Positions 24,592 through 35,628 of a stretch of DNA of 64,000 bases are shown in pieces (within the stretch, counting starts at the first letter, position 1; every line of letters begins with the position of its first letter). The notes below the pieces were generated by a model that saw only the letters and a list, made by a program, of their open reading frames with translations, had not been told where the DNA came from and did no database searches. The position numbers and the translations under genes were made by a program. Origin of the DNA: a virus; IMG/VR virus record IMGVR_UViG_3300043446_005051, positions 25,427-89,426 of that record, one strand, 5' to 3'.

Positions 24592-25301
24592 TGTTTAGAT
24601 TTCTCCTGAATGAAATTATAAGCCGTTCTTAATGAACGGCATACACGAACTTGACCTCCCTGATGTAAAATCACATATTGAGAGTCCCTATATGGAATCG
24701 CACACCAAGAATCATCTTTTGTACAAAATCCATTTACCAAATCAGAAAGGTCTTTCATTTTTATTTTGAATAATCATCGAAGTCAATAGACTCATTTAAT
24801 ACCTTTGTTTCTTCATACTCTTCATCTAGATACCGAAGAAATTCATAATAAGTTTTTTGATTCGATGAAGTACTATTTTCAGTTTTAATTTCTTCAATCA
24901 TAAATCAATAATTACCATATTTAGAAATCATATCAGCCATTCGGTCTGATTGTCGTTCATCTTCATCTTGATAGCCGTCATCTTCTTGTAGAAATTCTTC
25001 ATAAATGTCTTCGGAGCTTTTTTCCAAGTAAAAAGGATGAGTCATAGTAATTAAAGAAACTACAAAGTTATATAGATGAAACTCACGTCTAAGTGTGAAT
25101 TTCGAAACAAATCTACCAGTTAGCTGATGCAGTGTCAAGGTAAGAAAAAAGGAGCAGGTCACCACTCCTACTCCTTCGTCTTCTTAACTCTCTTAGTCCA
25201 CCATCTAAGAGATGTCTCTTGTCCTCAAAGCTACAAAGGTTTTTTCAAAAGACCTATACAGATTAGTGCATAATATTCTTTCTGTCAAGTCTCATAATTA
25301 A

Positions 25302-25423
25302 TTGACAAACCTAGAATCATTGCTATAATCCTTCTGTTCCTTGAAGGATCTATTATATCTATAGAACTCTATAGTATATTAAATCCGGGAATGTCCGAAG
25401 GACTTTACTCCGAAGGAGTAAAG
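25302..25423 (+). repeat. promoter + multi-hairpin element, copy 2
   Basis: TTGACA(25302)-16bp-TATAAT with TG extension; hairpins GTCC-GAA-GGAC and CTTTACTCC-GAA-GGAGTAAAG; homologous to 3294-3416. Confidence 0.75.
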
Positions 25424-25424
25424 A

Positions 25425-25574
25425 TTATTCCAACTCTTGGAGTGCTTCAAGAGCTCCTTGTATTTTTAGAAACTCTTCTTTTTTCAAATTGAATTCACTT
25501 TCAATTTCTCTTAAAGTTTTAGCTAGGTCTACTGCTTTTTCAGAAAGCATATCAAACATTTCTTTTTTTTCCAT
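25425..25574 (-). CDS. small coiled-coil protein
   Basis: Manually read 49-aa ORF MEKKEMFDML...KKEEFLKIQGALEALQELE. Confidence 0.6.
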   Translation of the reverse strand: MEKKEMFDMLSEKAVDLAKTLREIESEFNLKKEEFLKIQGALEALQELE

Positions 25575-25612
25575 AAATTGATATAAAATTATTTAAGTTT
25601 ACAAATTATATA

Positions 25613-28600
25613 TCAATTATATAATTGAGCATCAAAACGTTTATCAGCATCACTATCTGCTAAACCAATTATATTTACATCAAAGGAGTCTTTACCTCTT
25701 AAATAAGTGTATAAATTAAATGGACCAGAATTATAATCTTTTGCCCATATTTTTGCTCCATATTTTAATTTAACTTGATTGTTCTCGTTATTAATACTAC
25801 TCTTTGTTGAATTACTAATATTATAAAATTGACTAGCAGTAGTACCAGTAGGTGGTTCAAGAATTGAGAATGCCTCCGCACATACATTGGGCCTTTCGTG
25901 GAATCCATTATAGAATGCACTCATATCCCAATTATTGTTATTAAAGTTCCATTTAACTTTTGGTCCAATACGAGATGCTATTGTACAATTACCTCTTCCA
26001 CCGATTCCAACCATTGTTAATTTAACAGCAGATGAGAAACTATGAATAAAGCTAAATCGTAATGTATTATTATCTTCAATAGGGTCACCATACCCAGCTT
26101 GTTTGAAATCAAAAATTAAATCTACGCCTTGACCTGCTAGTCCACCTACTTGGTCTACCATTGACATATGAGTCGATGTATTACCCACACCACTTGAAGT
26201 TGGTGCAGGATAACATGCAGTTCTAATATCATAGTTTTTACCGGGACCATCTTTAAGTGGAATAGAAACTCTAAATTGTATTTTCTCACCATAAGATGCA
26301 GTTGCATTGATTAATTTATTATTGTTTCTGCAATTATACCAATTAATATTCATATCTCGACCAGCCACTCCAAATCCACCATTAAAAGTTAAAATAACAT
26401 CAGATACAGATGTAGCTCCTATGCCTACATTAACATTTATATCTTGGAATATTATTCCAGAAGAAATAATTGGGAAATCAAACTGAGTAAATCTTGTATC
26501 TGCAGTTATCATAGAATTTGTTCCACCAACTGTCATCGTAATTCCAATACCAGAGGAAGCCCCTCTAGCTGCTGCTACAACCACAGGAGTCCAGCTATTT
26601 GAAATCATTAGAGGACCTTCTTCTTGAGCTGTAATGTTATTATGAACACTTACGATAATTTCTGAACCAAGTGGAACATACCTATTAGATGCTTCTCTTA
26701 ATGCCTCAGTTACAGATGTGAAAATTGTATTTCTCAAATTTTCAGAGCCTGGGATGTAGCTTGTAAAGCTTACTCCTTCTGGAGAATAACCATCAGGGAC
26801 TGAATTATCCCCGGTCAATGCCGAACCAGGAGATGATGCTACGTGTAATATAATAAATGAACCAGTTTTAGGCGCTTTAGCGTAATTAGTATTCAGATAT
26901 TCTACTACTGCTTTTTCTGTTGGTATTTTTGTATCCAAAGCTGATTCTTGAATTTTATTCACAGAATTTCGAATAGCACTTCCAGTTATAATTCCACTGA
27001 TTCTAACATCTCCATTTACATCAAGTTTGAAAGAAGGATTATTTACACCAAGTCCAAGATTACCTTCTATCGTTACTGGATAATTATAAGAAGATGTACC
27101 TATTCTAAAGAATTCTATTCTTCTAGTTGTAGTATTTCTAATTAACTTCATTACTTCTGATGTAGATGAAGTCAAAGAGGTTGTGATGCCAAGAGTTAGG
27201 TCACCTGAATTATTCGTTAATGAATATGTATTATCATTACTACTATCTCTCATTAAAAATGTAGGAGAATTGTTAACAATAGATACATTTTCTCTGATGG
27301 TAACACTCGTTAGTCCGACTTCAACATCTCCATTTCTAATGGAAATAACTCTATCAGTTGATATTGCAACAACTGTATTATTTGAATCGAAAGAAGCTGG
27401 ACTAAAACTTGGAAGAGTTGCAGTTCCACTTGTGATTGCGAGTTTCCATGTGTTTTTATCTAAACTAGTACTATTTTCAGTATCCACTCCAGCCATCCAA
27501 TATGGTTTAGAACCACATCTCCAAGATAGGACAGCATCTCCTTGATTATTTCCATTTAAAATTGATAAATGAGCACCATCACTTCCATTACCTGAAGTTG
27601 TCTTCCCAATTTGAACTATTCCATTATTTAAAGTAGTTGGAAGAATAGAGAGAGTAGAAACTGAGGAGCCACTTCCTACGAAATTCCTTAATTCAACTGA
27701 ACCTCCTAAATCGTCTGCTTGAATTATGAGTTTACCAGTTCCATAGTGGTCTATTATAGAATTTCCATTTAGTAATGTACCACTAGTGTCTTCACGTCTA
27801 AAACTTAAAGATGGCACATCTCCATTAGTGTTTATTCCAACATCTATGCGTCGCCCAGTACCCTGTAAGTAGATGGCATTACCACTAGTAATGGCATTAT
27901 CATTTTGTATTATAACTCTTTGTCTTAAGTTTATACCAGTTAGAAGGCCATCTCCGTTATTATCTCTGCCATATACTGGACCTAAAAATGTTGAAACTCC
28001 AGTTACTCTTAATGACTTTAAATTTAATGAATCTATTTTGTTTATAGTGTCAGTAAATTTTACTCCATTAATAGTTAACGATTCAGTGGCTGTTATTTCT
28101 CTAGCTTTAATCTCATCTACCTCAATATTCCATCTGTCTGAACTTTTGCTTATTAATCCCCAATATCTCCAAGGCGTATTAGTGTTATTCACTTTTATCC
28201 GGCCAATATATGAATCCCCGGATGGAGCATACGCAATTGTCCCTATTTTTTCATTAGAAGGAAGTTCTACATTTGGAGTACTAACAAAAAACTTTTTATT
28301 ATTTAATGTTAATGTATTTAATTCAAACTCTTTTGCAAAAGTTACATTACCTTGGAAACGTACAGGTCCATAGAAGATAGAACTTTCTGTTCCATTTTCA
28401 CCGCCTTCTACTGTTAATTTTTGACGAATTAACATATTATCAAAGATGCCTGACATTCTGCTTGGGTCATCTGACCCATCAGCATCATCTCCAGTGAAGG
28501 TAATTATAGGAGCTTTTATAGTAGTTTGTTGACCAGTAATTGCACTAACTTTAGTAGCTCCATTATAAAATTCTCCAATGTCATTCATTCCACTGTAAAC

Positions 28601-31600
28601 TACAGTTCCTCCAGACAGTTCACGGGATTGAGATACTATAATCTCATCATCTGAGAGCTTTCTAGACTGCTTCTGAGGAATAGATGTTGAGTAGTTACCT
28701 GGGCCATACCCTAAGTACTCAAAGGTATGCCCAGAGGCTCTCATAAAGGATGGTCTACGTAACTCAACTGGCAATAATTTTATTTTATAGACTCTAGAAT
28801 TTGCTGGAATATCTATTTTGGTAGTTCCAAACATTCCACGTTGAACTGTAAACTGGTTCTGGTCAACTCCTGAAGCTGGTGAAATTATTCTCATAATTTC
28901 ACCATTTATTTGAATATAGTCACCTCGATTAAATCCACGAGTATCATTAAATTGAATTAAGGTATTATTCTTACTAATTTGATTAATTGAAGAAGTTGTT
29001 ATTCCATCATATATGAAATTTAATCTACTTTCTAAATTTTCTCCGGTTCTACCGGTGGACTTTGCATTTGGTTGGAATATTTTTTTATAAATAAATCCTT
29101 GTGTGGGTTCAATAATTGAATTTAATTGACCAATATTAAATGTAAATGTAGTTAGTCCAATAACAGAATTAACTATAAAATCAGAATCATATGATGTTTG
29201 CCCACTTCCTATTATCTTAAAGTTATTACCTTCACTCAATCCGTGTTCAGATGATGTTGTTACTGTAACTATTCCGGTTGTAATATCATTAAAATCAAAA
29301 TTTGATACTTGTATTCCACTGGAAGATAAGACTCCAAAAGGAACTCTATTGTTTCTATTTGGAACATATGTTGGTAGATTTGTAGTTGTATATACAACTA
29401 CTGTATTTGAATTTGGAATTTCTTTTATTCTAAAGATATCATTAAATTCATTCTGTATAAATCCACCTAGTTCTAATCCACTATTTACGTTATCTACTAT
29501 TGCACTTACAGTTGCCGTTGAATTCGAACCTATTCCAATCGTATTATTTACTGAGAAATTAGACCCCCCATCAATGATTTCAAAATATGCAATATCATTT
29601 GATGTAATTGTATAATTACATTTAGCATCAGTTTCATTTCCTCCCTTGGTGATAGGTACTCCATAGTAAGTTCCATCTGGGTGGCTTCCAGAAATATTGA
29701 AATTATTAACTTCAGAAATTGAATTTAATTTATGTTCAACTGTAGTTGTAATTGTAAGAGTTGTATTTCCAAGTCCACTTTGAACTAAATTTGAAATTCC
29801 AAATCCAATATTATTTTGAATTAGATATCCAATAGACTCTCTGGTAATTGAGAACCTCTTATCGTTTGTGATAACTTTTCCTGGTATCAAATGGTCAGCA
29901 TAACTTACTGCTTCCTTTGGATTAGGTACAAAGTTATCTCTATCTACTTGTGGATATAAATTTCTTACATCTTGATTATAATTTTTCAAAGAAAGCCCGT
30001 ACCCAATATTTTCACTTGTTTTTACATTAGATGTAATAAGAGTTAAATGATAAATTCCATCTTGTCCATTATTTCCTGGAATATGAGGTTTTATAGTATC
30101 AACTTTATAAACAGTAAGAGTATTTTTATACTTTTCTCTTGATACTACTGGTAGTGACGAAATGGTTGACTCATTTCTAATTTGAGTATTATTTGTGAAT
30201 GCTCCTGGATTTGTTGATACTCCTGAAATTCTGTAAGTAAATGTTCTAGAATCAATAATACTTAATACTTCATAAGAACCATTAAATGTTGATGTTATTC
30301 CAGTTGCAGCTGGATTAAATGTACTCTTTACGTTATTAATGAATACAGTGTCCCCTTGTAAAAACTTATGAGGAAGCTCGGTTTTTACTGTTACTACTTG
30401 TGAATTATTTGAAATACTTCCAGCAGATATTGAAGAGATTACCTTTTCATTTCTTTTATCAAAAATTGATAAATTATTTTCTAATGAAATACTTCCAACT
30501 GTAACTCCAACTGATTTAGATTCTTGAAGGACAAACCCAACAGAAGGTTCTCTAATATTTTTATAATCTTTAGGTATCACATAACGAACTTTATATAATC
30601 TATCTTCTAAAGTTCTGGTCTCAGCAATTCTACTAAAATAAGTTTCTTGAGTAGAATCTCCAAGTTTAGAATTTACAGAAGAAAGTTGATCTCTTATTTC
30701 ATTGCCTGCAATTATATACCAGTTATTGACAGAAGGATCCCATTGAATTGGATGACCTGGTTCTCCTGGTAGTTTATCTGAAACGTAACTTACTATGGTT
30801 AATCCTTGTATATTATTTGTTCCAAACCCAGTTATTTCATTTCCATCTAAAGCATCATTATAATTATAAGCTAATTTTATTGTATTACTACCCGTATTAA
30901 TTGCATAATATATTGAATTGGAAACCAATCCGTCTGGCATCCTTCCAATCTCACTGAAAATTCTTACTTTTTCTCCAGTTATAAACTGATGATTAGATAC
31001 TGTTATATTACCATTAGATGGATTTACCCCTCCAATTGAATATTTCTTCAATGATGAAATATTTGGGTTTGCCGATTTTGGCTGCATATAAATTGGAGAG
31101 CTATATACATCCGTATTACTATTTTCTTCTGAACTACTTGTTGGTAAAATTAAATTTAAAGTGTCTCCAATTTTAGAACCAATTCTATATCCATCAATTT
31201 TAGATGGAGGTAGAACATTTATATCATTATATTGATATAGGTAAATTTTATTTGACCCATCTATAGTTAGATTTACATCTATTGGAAGCCAAGTAACTTC
31301 CAATTCATTTTGAGGCACCTCTCTTGGAGGTATAATATGAGTTATGTAACCGACATCATCCCTATCAAATGATTTGTTTCTAAAATCATAACTTTCTAGA
31401 GCAAGAGCTCCAAAGTTTGAGTTGGAGTTGGTGATGCTCATATCACCACCGGTTTCAGTTACGAAGTGCTTTGCGAAACCAATGGCAAAAATTGAAACAC
31501 ATTGAATAAATGAATTATTAGACGCTCTTATATGGAAGTTTTCAAATTTTGGATCGTAAATTGCAGAAGAATTTGTATGAAGAGGTCTTTCTGGGTCAGA

Positions 31601-32962
31601 TGCTGTAAGTTGATTTTGTTTTACGTAATTATTAGATGCTTTTGAATAAAGTAAGAATGCATTATCATCTTTCTGTAGAGAAATTCCAGTGAATTGAGCA
31701 ACTACTATAGATTTAAATCCGTCCGCCTTATCTCCATCTGCCCACAAGCCACACATTCCATAGGAGGAACGAAGAGAACAGTTGAAAATATATGGAGAAG
31801 AAGATGATGTTGAATCACTTTCAACTTTTATAATAGCATTTGAAATTGAATTCTGTGATGGTAATTTATTTGAAGGTATTGAAGGTGTAATATAAGTAAA
31901 TGTATTTGGTCCTACAACACTTCTAACTATAAATGAACCATTATATGATGTTGGGTCTACAGTAATTCCTGAAATTAATATCGGAGTATTTTCAGCTAGA
32001 TTATGAGGTGCATCTAGATTTGAAATTAAATCTTTTGTAGTTACAGTAATTTCATTTAGAACACCACCACCAGCTCCATTTCCAGAACGAATTGATGAAA
32101 TTCCAATCAGATTTTCTTCTAGAACTCCAACTATTCTATATTCATCTATAATTGGCTCAATTTCTAGATTCGTTGGGTAATTAGGAATATCTCTACCGCT
32201 TTGAATACCATATGCATTTGCAATTTTGTAATAATACATTTGGAGGTCAGTTAAATCAGTCTGCTCAAGACCTAATTTAACTTTGTTTACACCATCCGCA
32301 TATGTAAATGCTGTTAATTTATGATGAGAAAACTTGCCAATTACTAGGCTATCTGTATAATCCTTATATACGCCAGTGGCAACATCAGCATCAAAAAAAG
32401 TAAATGAAGTAAAGTAACAATTTCCGGTAACTTTAAATATGCTAGATCTATCTACGGTATCTTCTAGAGGATCTGGTACATAAAGAGGTCTAATTTTTGT
32501 TTTACGTAAATCTAAACCAACAATAGAAGTACCTCTAGGTAAAATTACTCCACCTTCTACTGAGTTAAATTTATACAGGTCGTTTGTAGAATCAAATATA
32601 TCGAAATTGGAATTTTCCGTAAATTCATTTAAATTTTCAACTTGCCAATTATCTGCCCCTCTTCTTTTTTTATATACTGCATTATTACCAGATTTGGTAA
32701 TTGACAAACCAGGTCTATTATCAATATAATGAGTACCTGAAGACACTAAAATAGTAGTTCTATCATTTAAATCATTATCAAATCCAAGTTGATATGAAAA
32801 TCTTGAAGCTTCAATTAAAGCTCTTTGAATTGTTTTAAAAGGTCTTGTTGCACTATCTCCACGATTCTCGAAGCTATCCGTAGCATCAAAACTATTTGGG
32901 TCTACGTATATAACTGTACCTTTAGGTGAACGTAGAAAATTTTCTAATCTTGAAATTGGCAT
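25613..32962 (-). CDS. very large tail fibre/baseplate-associated structural protein (2449 aa)
   Basis: MPISRLENFL..YVDP..DATD.....G.....PFKTIQRALIE cyanophage structural N-terminus; T.TxxxHxL repeats; G.G...P..KLDVNG fibre motif. Confidence 0.85.
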   Translation of the reverse strand: MPISRLENFLRSPKGTVIYVDPNSFDATDSFENRGDSATRPFKTIQRALIEASRFSYQLGFDNDLNDRTTILVSSGTHYIDNRPGLSITKSGNNAVYKKRRGADNWQVENLNEFTENSNFDIFDSTNDLYKFNSVEGGVILPRGTSIVGLDLRKTKIRPLYVPDPLEDTVDRSSIFKVTGNCYFTSFTFFDADVATGVYKDYTDSLVIGKFSHHKLTAFTYADGVNKVKLGLEQTDLTDLQMYYYKIANAYGIQSGRDIPNYPTNLEIEPIIDEYRIVGVLEENLIGISSIRSGNGAGGGVLNEITVTTKDLISNLDAPHNLAENTPILISGITVDPTSYNGSFIVRSVVGPNTFTYITPSIPSNKLPSQNSISNAIIKVESDSTSSSSPYIFNCSLRSSYGMCGLWADGDKADGFKSIVVAQFTGISLQKDDNAFLLYSKASNNYVKQNQLTASDPERPLHTNSSAIYDPKFENFHIRASNNSFIQCVSIFAIGFAKHFVTETGGDMSITNSNSNFGALALESYDFRNKSFDRDDVGYITHIIPPREVPQNELEVTWLPIDVNLTIDGSNKIYLYQYNDINVLPPSKIDGYRIGSKIGDTLNLILPTSSSEENSNTDVYSSPIYMQPKSANPNISSLKKYSIGGVNPSNGNITVSNHQFITGEKVRIFSEIGRMPDGLVSNSIYYAINTGSNTIKLAYNYNDALDGNEITGFGTNNIQGLTIVSYVSDKLPGEPGHPIQWDPSVNNWYIIAGNEIRDQLSSVNSKLGDSTQETYFSRIAETRTLEDRLYKVRYVIPKDYKNIREPSVGFVLQESKSVGVTVGSISLENNLSIFDKRNEKVISSISAGSISNNSQVVTVKTELPHKFLQGDTVFINNVKSTFNPAATGITSTFNGSYEVLSIIDSRTFTYRISGVSTNPGAFTNNTQIRNESTISSLPVVSREKYKNTLTVYKVDTIKPHIPGNNGQDGIYHLTLITSNVKTSENIGYGLSLKNYNQDVRNLYPQVDRDNFVPNPKEAVSYADHLIPGKVITNDKRFSITRESIGYLIQNNIGFGISNLVQSGLGNTTLTITTTVEHKLNSISEVNNFNISGSHPDGTYYGVPITKGGNETDAKCNYTITSNDIAYFEIIDGGSNFSVNNTIGIGSNSTATVSAIVDNVNSGLELGGFIQNEFNDIFRIKEIPNSNTVVVYTTTNLPTYVPNRNNRVPFGVLSSSGIQVSNFDFNDITTGIVTVTTSSEHGLSEGNNFKIIGSGQTSYDSDFIVNSVIGLTTFTFNIGQLNSIIEPTQGFIYKKIFQPNAKSTGRTGENLESRLNFIYDGITTSSINQISKNNTLIQFNDTRGFNRGDYIQINGEIMRIISPASGVDQNQFTVQRGMFGTTKIDIPANSRVYKIKLLPVELRRPSFMRASGHTFEYLGYGPGNYSTSIPQKQSRKLSDDEIIVSQSRELSGGTVVYSGMNDIGEFYNGATKVSAITGQQTTIKAPIITFTGDDADGSDDPSRMSGIFDNMLIRQKLTVEGGENGTESSIFYGPVRFQGNVTFAKEFELNTLTLNNKKFFVSTPNVELPSNEKIGTIAYAPSGDSYIGRIKVNNTNTPWRYWGLISKSSDRWNIEVDEIKAREITATESLTINGVKFTDTINKIDSLNLKSLRVTGVSTFLGPVYGRDNNGDGLLTGINLRQRVIIQNDNAITSGNAIYLQGTGRRIDVGINTNGDVPSLSFRREDTSGTLLNGNSIIDHYGTGKLIIQADDLGGSVELRNFVGSGSSVSTLSILPTTLNNGIVQIGKTTSGNGSDGAHLSILNGNNQGDAVLSWRCGSKPYWMAGVDTENSTSLDKNTWKLAITSGTATLPSFSPASFDSNNTVVAISTDRVISIRNGDVEVGLTSVTIRENVSIVNNSPTFLMRDSSNDNTYSLTNNSGDLTLGITTSLTSSTSEVMKLIRNTTTRRIEFFRIGTSSYNYPVTIEGNLGLGVNNPSFKLDVNGDVRISGIITGSAIRNSVNKIQESALDTKIPTEKAVVEYLNTNYAKAPKTGSFIILHVASSPGSALTGDNSVPDGYSPEGVSFTSYIPGSENLRNTIFTSVTEALREASNRYVPLGSEIIVSVHNNITAQEEGPLMISNSWTPVVVAAARGASSGIGITMTVGGTNSMITADTRFTQFDFPIISSGIIFQDINVNVGIGATSVSDVILTFNGGFGVAGRDMNINWYNCRNNNKLINATASYGEKIQFRVSIPLKDGPGKNYDIRTACYPAPTSSGVGNTSTHMSMVDQVGGLAGQGVDLIFDFKQAGYGDPIEDNNTLRFSFIHSFSSAVKLTMVGIGGRGNCTIASRIGPKVKWNFNNNNWDMSAFYNGFHERPNVCAEAFSILEPPTGTTASQFYNISNSTKSSINNENNQVKLKYGAKIWAKDYNSGPFNLYTYLRGKDSFDVNIIGLADSDADKRFDAQLYN

Positions 32963-33022
32963 TTGAATGAGATCTACTATTCTTATAATTTATTTAGTAG
33001 ATCTCAACAAAATAAATTATAT

Positions 33023-33202
33023 TTATACTTCAACATCTGACAGGAGTTCTCCTCGGAGTTCTGCTAGTTTCGCCTCAGCTAGGCATTGCACACAAGTCCA
33101 ATAAGTCTCTCCACTAATTGGAAAAAATTCATCAGTAAAATATGAAGCCATATCTTCTTGAAGTTTGATTAGTTCTAGATTCGTCTCTTTAGAAATGAAC
33201 AT
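33023..33202 (-). CDS. small cyanophage-type hypothetical protein with own sigma70 promoter
   Basis: Manually read 59-aa ORF MFISKETNLELIKLQED...SGETYWTCVQCLAEAKLAEL.G; TTGACA-17-TACAGT upstream. Confidence 0.65.
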   Translation of the reverse strand: MFISKETNLELIKLQEDMASYFTDEFFPISGETYWTCVQCLAEAKLAELRGELLSDVEV

Positions 33203-33269
33203 AAGTTCTCCATCGTGGCTTCACCACTGTACCAGATTTCGAGCTGGCTGTCAAGCAACTCTAGTCGAG

Positions 33270-34061
33270 TCAGTTCACCTCTAGATTAAATTCAGAATAT
33301 AATTTTACATTATCGTGTCCAATAACATTTATAGGATTTTCTGATTCTTTTGATAATATTTTACGAGTGTTATGTAACCCCTTTAGCCCCCATTCGTCAT
33401 CCTTTTCTTGCCCACAAGTATTTTCAATACTATTGAAATTATGTTCATATGAATTAATATTTAAAAATAGATATAAATTTTTTAATTCTTCTTCTGGATT
33501 ATTTACAAGGGCATCATAATTGACTAAGTGAACAAATTCAGGATATTTTGTAATTCCAATTACTAAACTTTCATAAGAAGGTGATACACATTGCTTCCAT
33601 ATAAATTCAACCCTATTATCTACATTCAATTCTAAATTATTATTTCTTAAATAATTATCAATAAAATTCAATGTATGTTCTGATTTATTGATTAAAGTAA
33701 TGTAGGATGATATGATATCTGGAATAGGACGATATACTGCTATTATTTTAGGGGCATTGTCTATAAACTTTCTAATCGCATCTATATTTTGAGGCCAAGT
33801 TCGGTTTTTATCGAAAATATAAGTTTCATTTCTATGATTATAAAAATTAGATGATATGGACTTATAGATGTTATAGGATACTTTCTCAAAGTCAAAGCTG
33901 TATTGAATATTAAAATGGTTTAATTTAGCGTCAATATCAAAAAGTAAATCTCCTAATGGTGAAGTTGGAGTTACATATAATAATGGATTTTGATTTAGAA
34001 TACTTCCCAGTATAGTTGAACCACTTCTTGGTAATCCAGATAAAAAAAATAATTTCTTCAT
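33270..34061 (-). CDS. sulfotransferase-family protein
   Basis: SGLPRSGST 5'-PSB loop, DK.R.W, R....I.SS 3'-PB motif, Y..LV.NP. Confidence 0.88.
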   Translation of the reverse strand: MKKLFFLSGLPRSGSTILGSILNQNPLLYVTPTSPLGDLLFDIDAKLNHFNIQYSFDFEKVSYNIYKSISSNFYNHRNETYIFDKNRTWPQNIDAIRKFIDNAPKIIAVYRPIPDIISSYITLINKSEHTLNFIDNYLRNNNLELNVDNRVEFIWKQCVSPSYESLVIGITKYPEFVHLVNYDALVNNPEEELKNLYLFLNINSYEHNFNSIENTCGQEKDDEWGLKGLHNTRKILSKESENPINVIGHDNVKLYSEFNLEVN

Positions 34062-34081
34062 AATGTTATAAAAAATAATAA

Positions 34082-35254
34082 TTAATTTTCGTATGTAATC
34101 GCTAAATTATGAGCTCCGCCGCAAGAAATATCTTTCCAATTAGTTTTTGTACTTATTTGAGTAAATATAGTCGTACCTCCAGTTCCCACTAATGATGTCA
34201 ATTGACGACTTCCATTGGAACCAGTTCCCCATAAAGTTCCATCTGTTTTAATTGCTAATGTATAGTTGCTTGAATTGCTGGAGTTTACCCTTACTCTTTT
34301 CCAATTATTAGATGACCCTACTTGAATAAATTCAGTAGTTACCCCCACTGATGGTCCTAAGCCTAGTTGACCATCAGTGTTTGACCCTCTTGCCCACAAG
34401 GTTCCGTCTGTCTTAACTGCCATCGTATAGTCTATACAACTTATTTGTTTCCAATTTGTTTCATTCCCAATTTGTACTGGACTTGTGGAAATTGAATTTG
34501 CAAAAATGTCACCTTCCCTAGCCAGATTACCCCATCTATATAAACTTCCATCCGTTTTAATAGCATATGCATAACTAATACCAGGCTCTACCGTTTTCCA
34601 ATCATTAGATACTCCAATCTGTGTAAATATAGATGTTGTGTCACTACCTGGTATATTACGCGAGCCTGTTATCCACAATGTCCCGTCCTTTTTAATTGCT
34701 ATTGTCGTTCTGAAACCAGTTTTAGCTTCTCTCCACTCACTACTTAACCCAACTTGAGTTGGTTTATTTGTAGAAGCTATGCCCACCAATCCTAATTGTG
34801 AGAAACTATTATTTCCCCACACCCAAAGAGTTCCATCATATTTAATTGCTGCTGCATGGTCTGGAGTATCATTTGTAAAATCTGATGAATAATAACTTAT
34901 TGTTTTCCAATTTATATTATTATCAATTTTAGTTGGAGTTGATATTGCTGAGCCAGCATAACCTAATCCCAATTGTCCTAAGCTGTTAGCTCCCCACACC
35001 CATAAAGTGCCATCTGACTTTATGGTCATTGAACCTCTGGCTGAAGTTTCAACTGCTTTCCAATTAATTCCAATTCCAACATTAGTGTTTATAATATTAA
35101 AATTAGTATTGGAATTTATACCATTTCCAAGAACTCCATTGGATGCATTTCCCCATACATATAATCCACCTTCTTGAAAATATTCAGATGGTACGAAAAC
35201 ATCATCAAAGTTATATACTACTCCATTTTCGGTGAAGTTATAAAATGTTGGCAT
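34082..35254 (-). CDS. RCC1-repeat beta-propeller protein
   Basis: Seven AIK.DG.LW.WG.N..GQLG repeats. Confidence 0.9.
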   Translation of the reverse strand: MPTFYNFTENGVVYNFDDVFVPSEYFQEGGLYVWGNASNGVLGNGINSNTNFNIINTNVGIGINWKAVETSARGSMTIKSDGTLWVWGANSLGQLGLGYAGSAISTPTKIDNNINWKTISYYSSDFTNDTPDHAAAIKYDGTLWVWGNNSFSQLGLVGIASTNKPTQVGLSSEWREAKTGFRTTIAIKKDGTLWITGSRNIPGSDTTSIFTQIGVSNDWKTVEPGISYAYAIKTDGSLYRWGNLAREGDIFANSISTSPVQIGNETNWKQISCIDYTMAVKTDGTLWARGSNTDGQLGLGPSVGVTTEFIQVGSSNNWKRVRVNSSNSSNYTLAIKTDGTLWGTGSNGSRQLTSLVGTGGTTIFTQISTKTNWKDISCGGAHNLAITYEN

Positions 35255-35259
35255 TTCTC

Positions 35260-35622
35260 TTAAGGTTCAATATAAACTACAGGTGCATTCATCTCTTTAC
35301 TCCAATTCTCCAACCAACTTTTAACAGATGAATTCATCTTTGAATTATTTATTGAAATTGCTTTAAGAAATTGTACATCATTATTTCTTTCAACCGATAC
35401 TAGAACATTACATTTGTCTGGTCTCATTTCTTCAGGTAATAGCTTTTGACTCCAAGCACATTGATAATTTACACATACATTAGGACGAACCTTGTGTATT
35501 TTACATCCATTACACCCTTTAAATTTACAAGATTGTCCATTTCCAAATTCCCATCCGTAAGAACTTCCAATTAGCCAAGTACAACATGCTGTACAGTCGC
35601 CACAAGACCTAAAATAATTCAT
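35260..35622 (-). CDS. YkgJ-like CxxCxxCC cysteine-cluster protein
   Basis: CGDCTACC...C.F...GC.IH..RP.VC..Y.C.W. Confidence 0.8.
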   Translation of the reverse strand: MNYFRSCGDCTACCTWLIGSSYGWEFGNGQSCKFKGCNGCKIHKVRPNVCVNYQCAWSQKLLPEEMRPDKCNVLVSVERNNDVQFLKAISINNSKMNSSVKSWLENWSKEMNAPVVYIEP

Positions 35623-35628
35623 AATATA

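Noticed and set aside
24905-25165. 86-aa ORF as given in the track
   Set aside because: N-terminal half overlaps a promoter-like region; only the short acidic part from MTHPFY is plausible, so it is not listed
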